DNA of 64,000 nt from Octopus vulgaris (GCA_951406725.2 OX597822.1:15934001-15998000); one strand, 5' to 3'. Positions 48,495 through 62,937 are shown, counted from the stretch's first letter. Notes: generated from the letters alone by a model not told the origin. Numbers and translations: made by a program.

Positions 48495-49745
48495 CGAGGG
48501 GCGTTCAATAAGTAATGCCTCTGACCCACTTGCAGTTGTTTGATCTAGCTGAAATTTTGCATGTGCACTTATTGATACCTCTATAGATTAAGTGGCGACT
48601 TACAGCTCTGATTTTTAGGTGTTTGAACTGAGTCAAGTGTGAAATGGAGCCTGTTGAGTGTCGAGCAGTGATCTGGTTTTTGTATTTGAAAGGACGCACA
48701 CCACGGGAGACTTTTGATGAAATGAAAGTAACTTATGGTGATGATGCCCCATCATATGACCTTGTAAAACGCTGGCATTGTGAATTCAAACATAGTCGGA
48801 ACTCTGTGGAAACAGCTCCCAGATCTGGTCGCCCCCTTCTGCCGTTGATGAGACGTCTGTCCGTCAAGTTGAGGCTGCCATTTTGGAAGGTCAACGCATA
48901 ACTATTCGCCAAATAGCCCATAAGGTCAAGATTAGTACCGGGTCTGTGGAAACTATCATTCATGACCATTTGCATATGCAAAAGGTGTCTGCCAGATGGA
49001 TTTCCAGGTTGCTCACACCTTTCCAGAAGCAAGAACGCGTTGAGTGCTCGAGGATGAATTTGGAGATGTGCCAAGAAGATGAGTCAAAATTTTTCAAAAG
49101 ACTGATCACACAGGATAAAACCTGGGTCCATCACTATGATCCAGAGACCAAAGCCCAGTCAATGCAGTGGAAGCACCGTGACTCGCCTCCTCCAAAGAAG
49201 GCAAGGGTGCAGCCCTCCGCTGACAAAGTTATGCTCACAGTCTTCTGGGACCAGGACGGAGTAGTGATGACATATTTCCTGGCAAAGGGTACCACAATTA
49301 CAGGAGCCTATTATGCTTCACTTTTGAGGAAATTACGAGAAGCTATCAAAATCTAGAGGGGGGCAAGATCAGCAAAGACATCCTCCTCCTGCAGGACAAC
49401 GCTCCGGTCCACAACTCGCGTGTCGCCAGATCAGAAGCACAGGCGTGCAGCTATGAACTCCCCCCTTGCACCCTCTGATTTTCATCTCTTCCCAGCCATG
49501 AAGTTGATTTTGAAAGGAAAGCGTTTCCCAGATGATGCAGCCTTGATTTCTGAAGTCACGTCGATGGTTGGAGGACCAAGCTGGTGTCTTCTACAAAAAC
49601 GGTCTCCAGAGCTGTATCAAACGATGGGAGAAATGCATAACTCTGGGTAGCTCCTATGTAGGAAAAGACTAATAACTGTGCCAAGTGTCGTTGCTCTACT
49701 GCTATGGGAAGTGGGTCAGGGGCATTACTTATTGAACGCCCCTCG
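48495..49745 (+). mobile_element. Full-length mariner (DD34D, irritans-like) transposon
   Basis: 1251 bp, TA TSDs at 48493-48494 and 49746-49747, and 37-bp TIRs CGAGGGGCGTTCAATAAGTAATGCC(T/C)CTGACCCACTT with a single mismatch. Confidence 0.97.
48644..49672 (+). pseudogene. Mariner transposase, frameshifted
   Basis: HTH region...RSGRP; ARWISRLL (WVPREL motif); LITQDKTWVHHYDPETKAQSMQW; LLQDNA; LAPSDFHLF; RWEKCI. Split over several frames with a stop and a small deletion before LAPSD. Confidence 0.95.
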
Positions 49746-51473
49746 TATATCGCAATATATTATTTTACCTTGTAGCAAAGGACACATTGCTAAATATTTA
49801 TCATCCTATATTCACCGAGTTAGCCTTCTCATATACTTCATTATAACAACACGCTTCAAATTATATCGTGAATATTTACTCCTTACATTTTGCAATATTA
49901 AATGTTTGTTTAATATTTCTATTATGATATATTGAAAGTTAGAGAATCTTAAACGAAGACTGTTTTATTAATTATGAAATATATATTTACAACAGGCTCT
50001 AGATTTCCTACAATTTTAAACAGTTCACAAAAATAATTTTTTCAAAGGTTTTCGGCATGATCTACATGTTTGTACATCAAGAATGCCACATTTCAAGAAT
50101 TGATAATATATTTCATACATCAAATAATTTTCAACAAATATATTCAAGTAGAACTAGCAAACATTTTATTAGCAAATTGTCACATATTGAACACGACCGA
50201 GAATGTTATTTGTTGTAATGTGGTGTGAAATGGCTCAAAGCTGATATTGAAATTTATGAGATATTCCATTTCCTTACCTTTCTTACATGACCAAATCTGA
50301 GGTCTTCTTATTTACTGGGTTGACCGAATAAAAGGGTACGCCAAACGTTTATAGTTTCGTATGAGGGTTTCGAAACAAAACAGTTTAAAAAGAACGACCA
50401 TATAAAATATATTTGCAACGCTTTACCTATTTGCAAATGAAATATTTATCTTACAATAAATGCAAACTAAAATAATTTGTGATTTTTTTCCATGTGATTC
50501 AGCTCAGTCAATTTTTTATTTTAGTTTTAATTTTGTGGGTATTCATTGCTGATTGATAAGATATTTGATCGCAATGTTCTATTTTTATACAATATACCAC
50601 GATGGAATTCTTCAATATGTTGGTCTTCCTTTTCTAGTCTGATAGGATGAACAAATAGATTTGCTAGTCAAGCGGCTTTTGTGTTTTTCCCTCCTTGACC
50701 ACTGAATAATATGTTAGCTCCCGGGAGATTATGTTATGCTCTGAAGGTGTATATTGCCTCCAGGATGGTTGTTTATGGTACTTGATTTCATTGGCTGAGA
50801 AAGATGTGCAATATTTTATTCGAGTCGGTGGAAAGGAAGAAGCTACCCCAAACCAAAGACCTGTGCGAATGCAACTAAGTGATTTCCGGTAAAGGCAAGT
50901 AAGGCTGAGGCTGTGGTGTTAAAGCGGATGGGGAATTAAGTCTAGCTCACAAGTACACAAAATGCAAACGGCTATGGCAAATGTCGCAAAACACTTAATC
51001 TACCGGACGGCTTAATAATCCCGCGAATCCATTGCCCTGAAAAAGTAATTTACTTCGTCAAACCCGTAATAATGGAGAAGTCATGGATTCATGAGAATTT
51101 GAACTCAGCAAAACTGAACTACAGAAAAGCAGAACAAATGCTGCAGGGTAGTACAGTTTCCCGACATTTCAAAAGTATGGAACGAGAGATGACTTAATCT
51201 ACAGTCGTTCGTTTAATTTGGTGTTCCTCTACAGAGCACAGAATGATTACACTAGTTACTCTTTGGGTTTTAATAATGCAGATCTTAGCTTTAGAGAATT
51301 GGATAACTGTATTAGTCAAAATCATAAAACTCTTAATCCAATGCCATTGTGAATAGTAAGAATTTTATTAGCATTCGTATTATACTTTATTTCTATGAAA
51401 AATATTCAGAAAAACTTGAAACTTAAAAACATATAAAATCAAAGAGACTTTGTTTTAAAATGTGCCTCTTAGT

Positions 51474-51524
<51 letters not shown>

Positions 51525-51894
51525 ATATTCAAATAATTCAATATTCTTATATTGGTATTCCATTCGAGTAATATTGTTTAAATAATTATTCGATATATTA
51601 TTATACTGATGACGTAGATGTAGACATTTCTTCCCAATAGACTTTTTTAATACTATATGAATGCCTGTAGTTTTACCAATATTAATACTTATTCATAATA
51701 GATATTAGAATATATGTACAGTTAAGCACCTAATTATTTAAGAAATGACATAATTTATATATACAGAAGCTAAGATAAATAAATAAAGAAAAAGAAAGAA
51801 ACAAACAAACAATATCTACGTGAAGCTCCAGGGTTTGGGCTCTCATATCTCATGCGTTACGCAACTCAGATGTTCCAATACAGAACGATGCATT

Positions 51895-52045
51895 AAGGCA
51901 GCGAGCTCTCGGGAGCTGATTCGTGACATTTCGTCCGTCTTCACGTTCTCAGAATTTCACCGAGATCGATTTTGCCTTTCATCCTTTCGATAAAATAAGT
52001 AACAACTGAAAACTGGAATCGATGTTATCGACTACCCCCCCCCCC
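51895..52045 (+). mobile_element. SINE family B, degenerate
   Basis: AAGGCAGCGAGCT...ATTTCGTCCGTC...TTTGCCTTTCATCCTTTCGATAAAATAAGTA. Confidence 0.75.
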
Positions 52046-53143
52046 AACCGCCATTAAATCTCATCTGGAGATATATTTCTTAAGTCTTTTATTGATATGC
52101 AAAGGGGAAGCACTTAGCCTATGTGTGGGCCTCCATGATCGGAAGTAGAATGATGGAAGTTATCCTCAAACCAGCCACCTGACCTGATTGCAACTGATCG
52201 GACTCTATTGCAATTACCCAAGTGAGCAGATGATTGTTTAAGCCCATTGTTCGATCAAGTTCACTACATAAAGAGGTCAAGCTGAAGTTCAAGTCAGAAT
52301 ATTGAAAACCAGAACAAATACTGCAACGTAATTGCAACGTCGTAGTGTGAGCGCCAACAATCTACTCATCTACATATCATGATCGATGCGCCTACGATCC
52401 CATGTTCAAAAGACTCTCCATCTTGGGATATAGAGAATTCGGTGAGACAGAGATAACTGCATAGGTGTCACAAACATTTACTGTAAACACATAATGTAAA
52501 ATAAAATGAAATAAGGAAATAATTAACTAGCCACTACACAGAAGGTAGATTGCTCTACCGCAAGAAAAGTTCCATATTGTGACGTCTGTCTCAGTCGGAG
52601 AAGTAAACAGATCTACAAGCGAATTTTAACGACTCTCAAGGAAAAAAGGGAACATAAATGGACGGAATTCATGCCTCCAAGTTGAATATTATACTGAATC
52701 AAAAATCTGATTACCTTTGAAGATAATGGAAGATCATGCACATACTTTGACGTATTAGCAATCATCAACATGGCTACATTTATAAAAACCTGTATTGTTG
52801 ACATCTATATTTTCGTACAAATTATTCTCTACATCCCGCATAATTTTGTATAACTAAAAAATAAATGGTCCCAGTGAAATAGCAAGAATGGGTGAAAGAC
52901 ACGAAATTAGATATATAACAAATTAAGGACTAATCTCTCCCAAAATATGATACACATGCTTTGATGGGCAAGTATGACCTTTTGTTTCAGGTAAGAAGCA
53001 TATATTTCTGTTTGTATCTATCAGATTTCCTAAGAGGAGTATAGCTCAAAATAATATTCAATAGTCTAGAAAACTTAAACTAAATGTTGGTGTTATATAT
53101 CTTCTATCTATCTATCTATCTATCTATTTATCTATCTATCTGT

Positions 53144-53194
<51 letters not shown>

Positions 53195-53236
53195 ATAAAT
53201 AATATATATATACGATATAAAAAATATAATATATAT

Positions 53237-53291
<55 letters not shown>

Positions 53292-53367
53292 AATATATAT
53301 ATGCATATATACATACGTATATGTACATACTTAGATCTTTATTAGTCCTGTGTGACTAATAAAGAAA

Positions 53368-53807
53368 CATATATGCATATGTGGACACAGGACGTCATGA
53401 AACGTGTACAATAAAAACGTACGAAACACGAGTGTTCTTGTTTGTCTCCTGTCCTAGCTTGATTTACGCGTTCACAACCACAACCTCTTATAGGCTTAGC
53501 AGCCTTTCCTGATTGTTTTCACTTTCCTGTTTCTGTTACCTATTTTTGACCCTCTGCAAAATCCCAAATTTTATTTAATTTGCTTTGCAGGAGCAGCTGT
53601 TTTATCGAAAGCTGTTTTATATTGTTGTTAAATGTTCGAAATAAGAGATAAGAAAAACAACCTATAACTGATGAGCCGTCGTTCTTTATGTTGTTTGTTT
53701 TGTTTTCCATTTGTGTCTTTCATTGCTCGAAAGAATCGTCCTTGTTTCATGGACTCTTGCTTCGTACTATTTGTTGTACATGTTTCATGTCGTCTTGTGC
53801 CCACATA

Positions 53808-53817
<10 letters not shown>
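53368..53817. repeat. About 65-bp imperfect inverted repeats enclosing about 320 bp
   Basis: ATATGCATATGTGGACACAGGACGTCATGAAACGTGTACAA...GTACGAA is mirrored by TTCGTAC...TTGTACATGTTTCATGTCGTCTTGTGCCCACATATGCATAT. It is embedded in (TA)n. Confidence 0.7.
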
Positions 53818-53855
<38 letters not shown>

Positions 53856-54332
53856 TATATATCCGAAGTGTCATAATGAGAGTCGGCTACTTTGGAGAAT
53901 TTCAAAAACTGGTATTAAAATCCGAAGACGTTTGAGTAACCAAATATATAATGTGAAGAATGTTATAAATACTTATTGTATTATATTGATTTCAAATGGT
54001 TTCAGATTTTGGCTCAAGGCCCCTATTGCATTTCATTACAAGAATATTATAAATATCTCCATTACACTTGGACACAAATACACAAACACACATCATGGTG
54101 TATATTTAACTTGCAAATGGCAGAAAACCGGAACTTATGACATGCTGAATGTCACAGACGACATTTTAGCATAACTTGAGGCCATAGTAGTACAATGCAT
54201 TTGCCTTTGACAACTGATAATACATTCATCTCCTTAAGATTGCGTTATTCCTCCATGCTATATTCGCTATATTTCCCAGAGAGGAAATGCTGGAATAGAT
54301 TCTTGTTCATATCACATAATTTAGTCTATCAA

Positions 54333-54407
<75 letters not shown>

Positions 54408-54410
54408 TAT

Positions 54411-54461
<51 letters not shown>

Positions 54462-54966
54462 TACATACAAACGAACAATCCTCATACTCTAAATTTACTT
54501 TCGACTAGCAAATATTCTTGTATAGTTTGTATAGTTTGTATAGCTTGTATAGCTTGTATACTTGCATGCTACACTTTGAATCAAAAAAAAAATTCATAGT
54601 TCACCTCTCTGGAAACGATAACACAAATATCACACTGATTTGAATTTTAAAACTGGGACTTTCGAATGACAATAAATTTCAATTACATATTGCAAAAGAA
54701 GAAATCTGTATGAAGAAGCTGTAGTTGTATCCCATCACAAGTGTAGAAGGTTCATTTCAAATACTAGGCTAATAAAATTTGCTTCACCGTCATTGATGCC
54801 TTTTGAATAGGTATGTACTCATAAACCTTATCTCACCGTTCTTCTAACATACTGAAGATTTACAACTTGACGAAGTGTACTAATATTGATATTTTTTTTA
54901 TTCCACAATCATTTCATTTCAAATCCGATTGGAATTAACTATAACGACATTATTTTTCATGTGTTT

Positions 54967-55160
54967 AAGGTCGCAGAGTCAGTAGCGCGTCGACAAAAAT
55001 ACTTAGCGATATATCTTCCGGCTCATTACAATCTGAGTCCAATTCCCACCGTGCTCAACTTTTCCTTTCATCCTTATGCAAAGAACGAGTGAAGAACTGG
55101 GACGATGTAACAGACTCGTCCGGTCCCCTAAAAATTGCAAGCTTGGCGCCAGTGGTAGAA
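54967..55160 (+). mobile_element. SINE family B, highly degenerate
   Basis: CTGAGTCCAATTCCCACCG...CAACTTTTCCTTTCATCC...ACTGGGACGATGTAACAGACT. Confidence 0.55.
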
Positions 55161-55912
55161 GCTATTATTTTTCAGGAGTCCTTAAACTGTTAATTATCAG
55201 TAAAAATAAACTAATTTGGATTTATTTGGTTATGCTTTCATCTGTTAAAATTGTTCTTGCGAATTGCTGTAAGAAATATTTATTTCTCAAAGCATGATGA
55301 GGACATACTTTTGTTGCTTTAAAAAAATCATTCAAAATTGTTCTTAGTTTTTCTCGCATATCTTCTCAAACAGCGATGTATATATAACTGAAGTGCTGTA
55401 ACACTTCATTGCTTCTTCCTCCACAACGGTTGCTAGGAAAATATAAGGATTCTATTTCGAAAACAATTCATAGATTCTTATAAATTTTGTCCTTTTTATA
55501 TCAAAACTGAACTATAAATTCTCTTTTATTCAAAAGACATAATGTTGTTTGCATGCACTAAAAAAAGCACTTAAACGAACGCTAACGATTGATTGGGATA
55601 ATTACGTAAATGCCTATATTACGTAATACAGAGTCTGTAATTAAACTATCTGTTTAAAAATATCATTAGAACACGCTATTTCTAGAAATATCTAGAAATG
55701 AAACTGAATTGTATGAGTTGATGTTTTTGATCTTTTATTTGATCATTTTACTGTGTTGCCTCAGTCATTCAACTGCTGAACGCTGGAGAATCTCCTTGAA
55801 AAATATTTATCGATCATAGCGATGTTAGTATTTCGTCCAATGTGATAATTATTTTAGCTAAATCATACATGTTGAACAAGATTTAGAAGAAGAAAATATA
55901 TTCACAACACCA

Positions 55913-55979
<67 letters not shown>

Positions 55980-56619
55980 GACGGAGAAATATATTCGTAT
56001 ACGCACGAATACATTCACGTATATGTATATACATATACATACGTAGAGATACATACATGCATATATACATACGTCACTGGAGCTGTAAAAGTCTGTAAAA
56101 CTTTCCTGAAGTTTATCACTTAAGCATACACGAGTACGTCTAGTACATGCATGACAAGACACATGAAACAAGACATACAAACCCTCACGCATATATACAT
56201 ACACACATACATATATACACGCATACATACACGCACACATACATACATCCACAAATGCATACATACATACATACATACATACATACATACATACATACAT
56301 ACATACATACATACATACATACATACATACATACATACATACATACATACATACGTACACACACACACATAGAAACCAGCACCCTCTCCAGAGAAAGAAT
56401 TTAAAAACGATTAAATGCAGAAGAGACAGCCATATGTAGCTGAGTCCGCAGAGAAAGCTGTGGAATATAGTCGACTTAGAAGCATCTTGAAACCAGAGTT
56501 GGTAGAAAACTTTTCTACTTCGAAACAAACTGAGCAACACACTATTCTCATCAAGACATGGAAGAAGTCCAGTAGCTCCAATGCTAAAAGTTATTGACGA
56601 TGATGATGATGATGGAAAG

Positions 56620-57471
56620 GAGATGCCGTTATGTGGTGTTAATTACAGGAATAATTATATCTTTATATACACAGCTGCTGCCACTCTTAAAGAAAACCTA
56701 GGAGACATCTGCTGCCTACATGTTTATACAGCTATTGGAAGCTAGACGGAAAACTAAACTTGAAGAAAACATCAACAACCTGCACTACCATATTAGATGG
56801 TTAACAATGATAATAAAATATAAATGGAATAATGATTTTACAAGTCGCTAATTGCTCCTTATGAAGAAATCGTCAAAACTTTATGGTGTCACTTCACACC
56901 AACCTATTAAGGGAAAGCTAATTACTCTAAAATATGAACTCAAGACCCTTAGCGAATAACTTCGCTTACGTCTGACAACATTTTTAATGTGCCTGTAAAT
57001 CACGTTTGCTTCTAACCTGAAGGTATTACACAGACTGATGGGGAAGGAAAATATAATTGTTAAAAAGACCCCATCCTCCACCCTCAATAAGAACTGGACT
57101 CTTTCAGTTTCTAAAATCTGGAATGTAAAGGAGAGATTTCAGCCTTAATGCATTATGGCTGAATATAGTTAAGCAAGAATATTGCACCAGCATTGGCAGT
57201 AAAAAATGCACAAGTGATCCGGAATGTTTCTCTATAGCTGTAGGCAAACTGTATCATGGGAACTCACACGGCAGAAACTCAATAGTTGGACATGAGCAAG
57301 AGGGGCTGAGAGTTTACAGCAAATCATTAATATGTGTAATCAAAATGACTGAGGAAGATCTGATTGACATACCAAATTGTATCACAGACGAATCTTGTAA
57401 CCAAGAATGAAGCCATCATCTTTGTTGAAAACTACAGGCCTGTTGCTAGCCTAAACTTTTATCTACAAACT

Positions 57472-57475
<4 letters not shown>
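56620..57475 (+). mobile_element. Decayed R4/Dong-like non-LTR retrotransposon fragment
   Basis: Ordered remnants across frames: IYTAAA, LEENINNL, FASNLKVLHRL, KIWN...NALWL, TNLVTK...ENYRPVASLN (start of RT). This is the order seen in R4/Dong ORFs. It is flanked by (GAT)n and (TA)n. Confidence 0.6.
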
Positions 57476-57521
<46 letters not shown>

Positions 57522-58180
57522 TTATATCTACGATCCTTTCTATCTCTATGTGTATTTATCTGTATGAAAGCAGATGCACATATTAATTAAGAATGTATTC
57601 ATAAATTCTGCATCAGTGTGCATCTTTATATTGAGTTTACAACTCAGTATTCGCTGGTTTCTTTTTCATTTCAATGACTTTTCTAAGGCAGTTTTTGAAA
57701 ACCTGGCATGTTAAAATCAAGAATTTTGTCGCAGTAGGTTTTCTACAAATTGTCCGTATAAAGTTAACATGTATTACAAACGAGTACATGAATTTACAAA
57801 TAAATGAATGTAACATGCACATCCGTAGTTTGGATCACCTGAGCTATTTCACCTTGTAAAATATAAGTAAAATAATATAAATTGTTAATTTTATATCACC
57901 TGAACAAGGTAGATGTATTCCAGAGAGAAATAATATTAGACTTAATTTACGCTATAAGTATGAGAATTTACACCTATAGTATATCGTCGCTGATTAAAAT
58001 TCGGCACCTATATAACCGACAGGAAAGCGCTTTCGTCTAACTGCATTGTTTTATGACACATTCGCATATTTTATGACAACGATAAAAACAACAGTGACAT
58101 CAAAATTTTAAGAATTTGTACAAAGCAATTTTCAACGAAATGTTAATGTGAAATGGATATATTCACTAAAAATTTCGAAC

Positions 58181-58548
58181 TGGCACTCTTTCATTGGCAA
58201 CGAGTGTTCCATTTGGTCTGATCTGCGAGACATCCTGCTCTTAAACTTCACGTGTAAGTGGCTGAGCACTCCACAGACACGCGAACCTGTGAAGTAATTC
58301 TCGGGGAGGTTCAGCGTAACTCACCATGTGACACGGCTGGCTCTTTGTAATACAGGTACGATTCATTTTTGCCAATCCAGTGAAATGAAACTAGCAGCTC
58401 TAGCTCCCAAATCCCAGTCCCTTTCCACTGGGTTAGAGTAACGTGAAATAATATATCTTGCTCAAGGACACGATGGACCGCCGCGTGGAATTGAAATCAC
58501 GACCTTCCGATCGCGATCCCAAATCACTCACCACTAAGCCACACACCT
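58181..58548 (-). mobile_element. tRNA/CORE-type SINE sharing its 3' half with family C
   Basis: Minus head GTGTGGCTTAGTGG...GATTTCAATTCC...CCTTGAGCAAG. The 3' part GTCTGTGGAGTGCTCAGCCACTTACACG...GAGTGCCA is as in 33346. Confidence 0.8.
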
Positions 58549-59406
58549 TTGTGTAATTATATGTGAATGTGAGGCCGTGCATGTGTGTATGAGTTTGTAT
58601 GTGTGTGTGTATGTATCTATCTATATCCTTATAATACACACTCATATTTACTTACAGTGAATGACAACTGGTAAAAGGGACATATTTTTGCAATAATCTG
58701 TATTCTAAAATATTTCGTGATATTCTAACGTATTTCAATCTAATTATACTCTTTTCAGATTAGAGATTAATACGCATTAGTAAACAGCGTGTGTTGATGC
58801 TAAAATACGATTATAAGCCCATTATTAGATTGTATATTAGAGCTGATTTTATTGATAATTTTTAAGTATCGATTCATACAAGCTATTTTTGAGAAACGAA
58901 TCATGCGAGTAATTTGTATACATAAGAACGATAAAAATAATCAGCTTTTCTGTGCTTGGAGAAACAAACACATATTAGTGAAGATAAAACAGTATTTGTG
59001 CAGAAATATGATTAGTACAAATATATATAATCCTGGGGCATATAATTGATAATTAAGAATATGTTAAGTAATGAAGGAAATAGACGAAAGTTGAAATTTT
59101 AATTAAGGATGACATTTTATTTTGTCTATGATTTACCAAAACACAAATTAATTTTGAACTGATAATGTGCGCTCACTATCTTACATAATATTGTTTATAA
59201 TATGTAGATTTTGAATAGATTGCAAAGATTGTTAATGAATATCAATAAGCATTTAATTAAATATCACTTAACTCGCTTGATAATCTATACCGCAATCTGG
59301 TCTCCCGCTGTCTGTCTGTCTGTCTGTCTCTCTTTCAGTCTCTTCTTCGCTATCTATATATTACATGTTATGTAATAATATAATGTAATATGATATAATA
59401 TATGTG

Positions 59407-59624
<218 letters not shown>

Positions 59625-60911
59625 CACACACACAAACATGCACACAGGCGCGGCGGGTGTATTCTCTCAGCGCTGTATTCCGTGTTATTTTATCTTGTTA
59701 TCTACTTTATCCACAAACAACTGCGAAGCTAGTTTGACTTTCAGGAATATATTGTACAAGTAAACAGGTCTGAGATAAACTTAACCCATTTATTTATTAG
59801 TAATCTAGGATTATGAGAATTTTTCTTCAGCATTTGCATACTTATCGTTGCGTTAGAAAATATACTTAAAGTAGAAACGGGGAAAATACGAAAATATTGT
59901 AATACGTGCAATAAGCTCATTGCTCCATGCATTCAGATCATGAAAGTTACCTTGTCTATATTGTAAATCCAAATCGCTTTCTATAAATGTTTGTCCTCTA
60001 ATGCTGAGATTTTTCGATTATATTTTAAATACTAATCTATCAGAAAACAAATATTATATATACAAAATTAGTGTTGATATTTCATTATTTTTAATATTTT
60101 CATATCTGGAACGCTTCCTTTGTTGATGACTGTGAGATAAATGCGTATATAAAACAATATAATCTCTAACTACATTCGGATAAAGCATGCCAGATCGTGA
60201 TTTAATGTACGATACATACAAAAGGATTAGCCTTTTTATACCATATGTAGTTATGCCTGTAGTTATCTCTAGATCTGATTGCTATTTCTTTTTTCTTGTG
60301 TGTTATGTTTAACAAATAGTTGAATGAACAAACATATTTATCCCATGGTTCGTGTGATCATATCCACCATCTACATTACCAACCGGAGGAGATTATACAC
60401 TCTTCATGTAAACAGGTTTTATACTAAAGCACAAACTAGCATTTCCATTATTATCAGCGTTGGGCTTTTAAGCAATCCACTCTTGAATCGTTTCTTTCAA
60501 TGAAATTCTTTGTATAAGTTAGATAATAGGAGTTCTGTGTATGACCTCCAGCTTCCTCTCATAAGACACCGCACATGAGTATGAAAGCGAGAAAGAGATG
60601 GATCCCATCGTTTGTCCATATGTCCCAGGAAAAGAAAAGCAAAGTTGATTCAAGTTGTATTTGAGCACTAAATGCAAAAGTTCCACCATGTGGTATATTC
60701 ACGATGCTTTAAAGATTCTAGCAGCGGATCCGATTATAGTAGACCTTCATCTATTGTTCCAATATGATAGTCTTGTTTCACTTACAATGTAAAACAAAAT
60801 TAAAAATATAAACTATTATAAACACAGCAGATATTCGCAAGGGACATTGACTAAGAAACCAATGTTTCCAATGAGATCATATGTGTGTGTGTGTGTGTAT
60901 ACAAACAAACA

Positions 60912-60969
<58 letters not shown>

Positions 60970-60973
<4 letters not shown>

Positions 60974-61156
60974 AGTGAGTGATGAAAAGTTCCTGGCTTT
61001 AAGAATACCGTGAAAGGCCTGGTTGGAAGTACAATATTCCTAGTTCTTTTAGAAGGCTTAGAAAAACTGAAGGGTCGTTGCAATACGTCTGTGAATCTCA
61101 GAGCGGAGTATCTTCAACAAGATCATAATTAACCTATCTTTCAGCACCCACTCCTA
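60970..61156 (+). mobile_element. Short mariner-derived non-autonomous remnant
   Basis: Ends GAGTGATGAAAAG and CTTTCAGCACCC are imperfect inverted partners. The interior translates EGLEKLKGRCNTSVNLRAEY, like a mariner C-terminus (GIxKLxxRWxKCVxxxGxY). Confidence 0.65.
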
Positions 61157-61168
61157 TATGTGTGTGTA

Positions 61169-61200
<32 letters not shown>

Positions 61201-61211
61201 AGAAAATTATA

Positions 61212-61377
61212 CAGGGTGGGAAAATTATAGAAATGTTTACTACCACTGCCTAGTATATATAAAATAGTCAGTAGACAACTTACTTTTCATTTGTTTTATG
61301 AAAACTATGCTGTGTACTGACTATTTTATACGTGCTAGGCCACTGGTAGAAAGAATTCCTATAATTTTCCTACCCTG
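61212..61377. mobile_element. Palindromic Tc1/mariner-type MITE
   Basis: TA-CAGGGTGGGAAAATTATAG...CTATAATTTTCCTACCCTG-TA, with about 66-bp imperfect TIRs and TA flanks. Confidence 0.85.
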
Positions 61378-61709
61378 TATATTTTTCTTAATATGATTTT
61401 AGTTATTTCTAAGTAAGTTGACATTTTTATTTGCTGCCGACTAAAACAACGCTTGCGCGGTGGATTTGAAAAATTATGATATATAAAGATAAGACATGTG
61501 CTATTTTGTCTCATAATTATATGTTAATTTTCAGCGCACCAGCTGATGAGTACTTCGCTCAACAAATTGTTTTATATGTTAAAGTTCGAAACCTAGGTCC
61601 AGGAACAATATATTTTAAATGTTTTTATTTTTCATTGCCTTCAAAATTGCTCTTAACCGCGGTACTGACTGTTCCTTCTAGCATGTAAGGTGTCCTGTTA
61701 GGGTCACCA

Positions 61710-61808
<99 letters not shown>

Positions 61809-62834
61809 TGTGTAAATATATATATATGTGTATGTGTGTCTTTGTATGTATGTATAGGCAAAATTTAATCGTCACTATAAGTGACTGGGGTGCAACTCTA
61901 CAACGACATTGATAGAAATAAGAGTCAAAGAACTCTTATCCACGAGCAGAACACAATTTTTATTCACTGACAAGGGAGACAACCTTCTATAGCTAAGTAT
62001 ATATTAATATGTGTGAGTGTGTGTGTGTATTTGTATGTGTGTGTGTGTGTGTCTTTTATATTTTCTTGTATCTTTTACTAGTTTGAATCTAAGAGATGTG
62101 GCCATGCTGGGACATCGCTATTAGTTTGTTACACTTTCACCACTTGAAACCTCCTCTGATATGCGGCATTTGGTGACGCACACATAGCCATGTGCCAATA
62201 TGCTTCCATACACGTACACTGAGATACCCCTACTCACGAACAATCACACGTGTATGCACAATTCAATCGGGTAGCCACAGTATGTTGTTCACTTAGACTG
62301 TGTGGCTTCACGTGCAACCATATATCATCAGTTATTCTCTGATATAATTGAAAGAATACTTACAACTGTAAATATACCGGAACAGAAAAAATAGTCTAAA
62401 TGGATTTTGTATTTGATTCCCTTCCATGATAAAGATTCAGTTAAGCGGGTAACTATATACGTTCCTCTTTAAACATAGTTTTCAACATTTGGCCGTTTAG
62501 GCGCAGCGGAAACAAAAACATAATGAATAAGGGTTTTAATTTTCATGGGTAATTGTGTTGAAATCTTGCTTGAGCACATTCGCTTTATGAAGTAAATGTG
62601 GTATAAATTCCAAGGAAGAAGTGGTGGCAGATGTATAATAAACAAAAAAAAAACTGCTTTCGAATGGTTCTTTACATTCATTACTACACATGTGATCATG
62701 GAATCATTTTGAAAATCAAAAATTTGAGCAAAAGATGTAGCTGAGAGAGAGAATTTGCAATTCTTTGCTCTCTACAAATTGATATCTACTTTATTGCTCT
62801 CAAAATAAGCGTGGGATTTCTACGAATATTGCGA

Positions 62835-62873
62835 ATAATAATAATAATAATAACAATAATAAAAATAATAATG

Positions 62874-62936
<63 letters not shown>
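62835..62936. repeat. (AAT)n microsatellite
   Basis: Direct reading. Confidence 0.95.

Positions 62937-62937
<1 letters not shown>

Noticed and set aside
61540-61570. CTGATGAG...CTC hammerhead-like motif
   Set aside because: Lacks GAAA and flanking stems.
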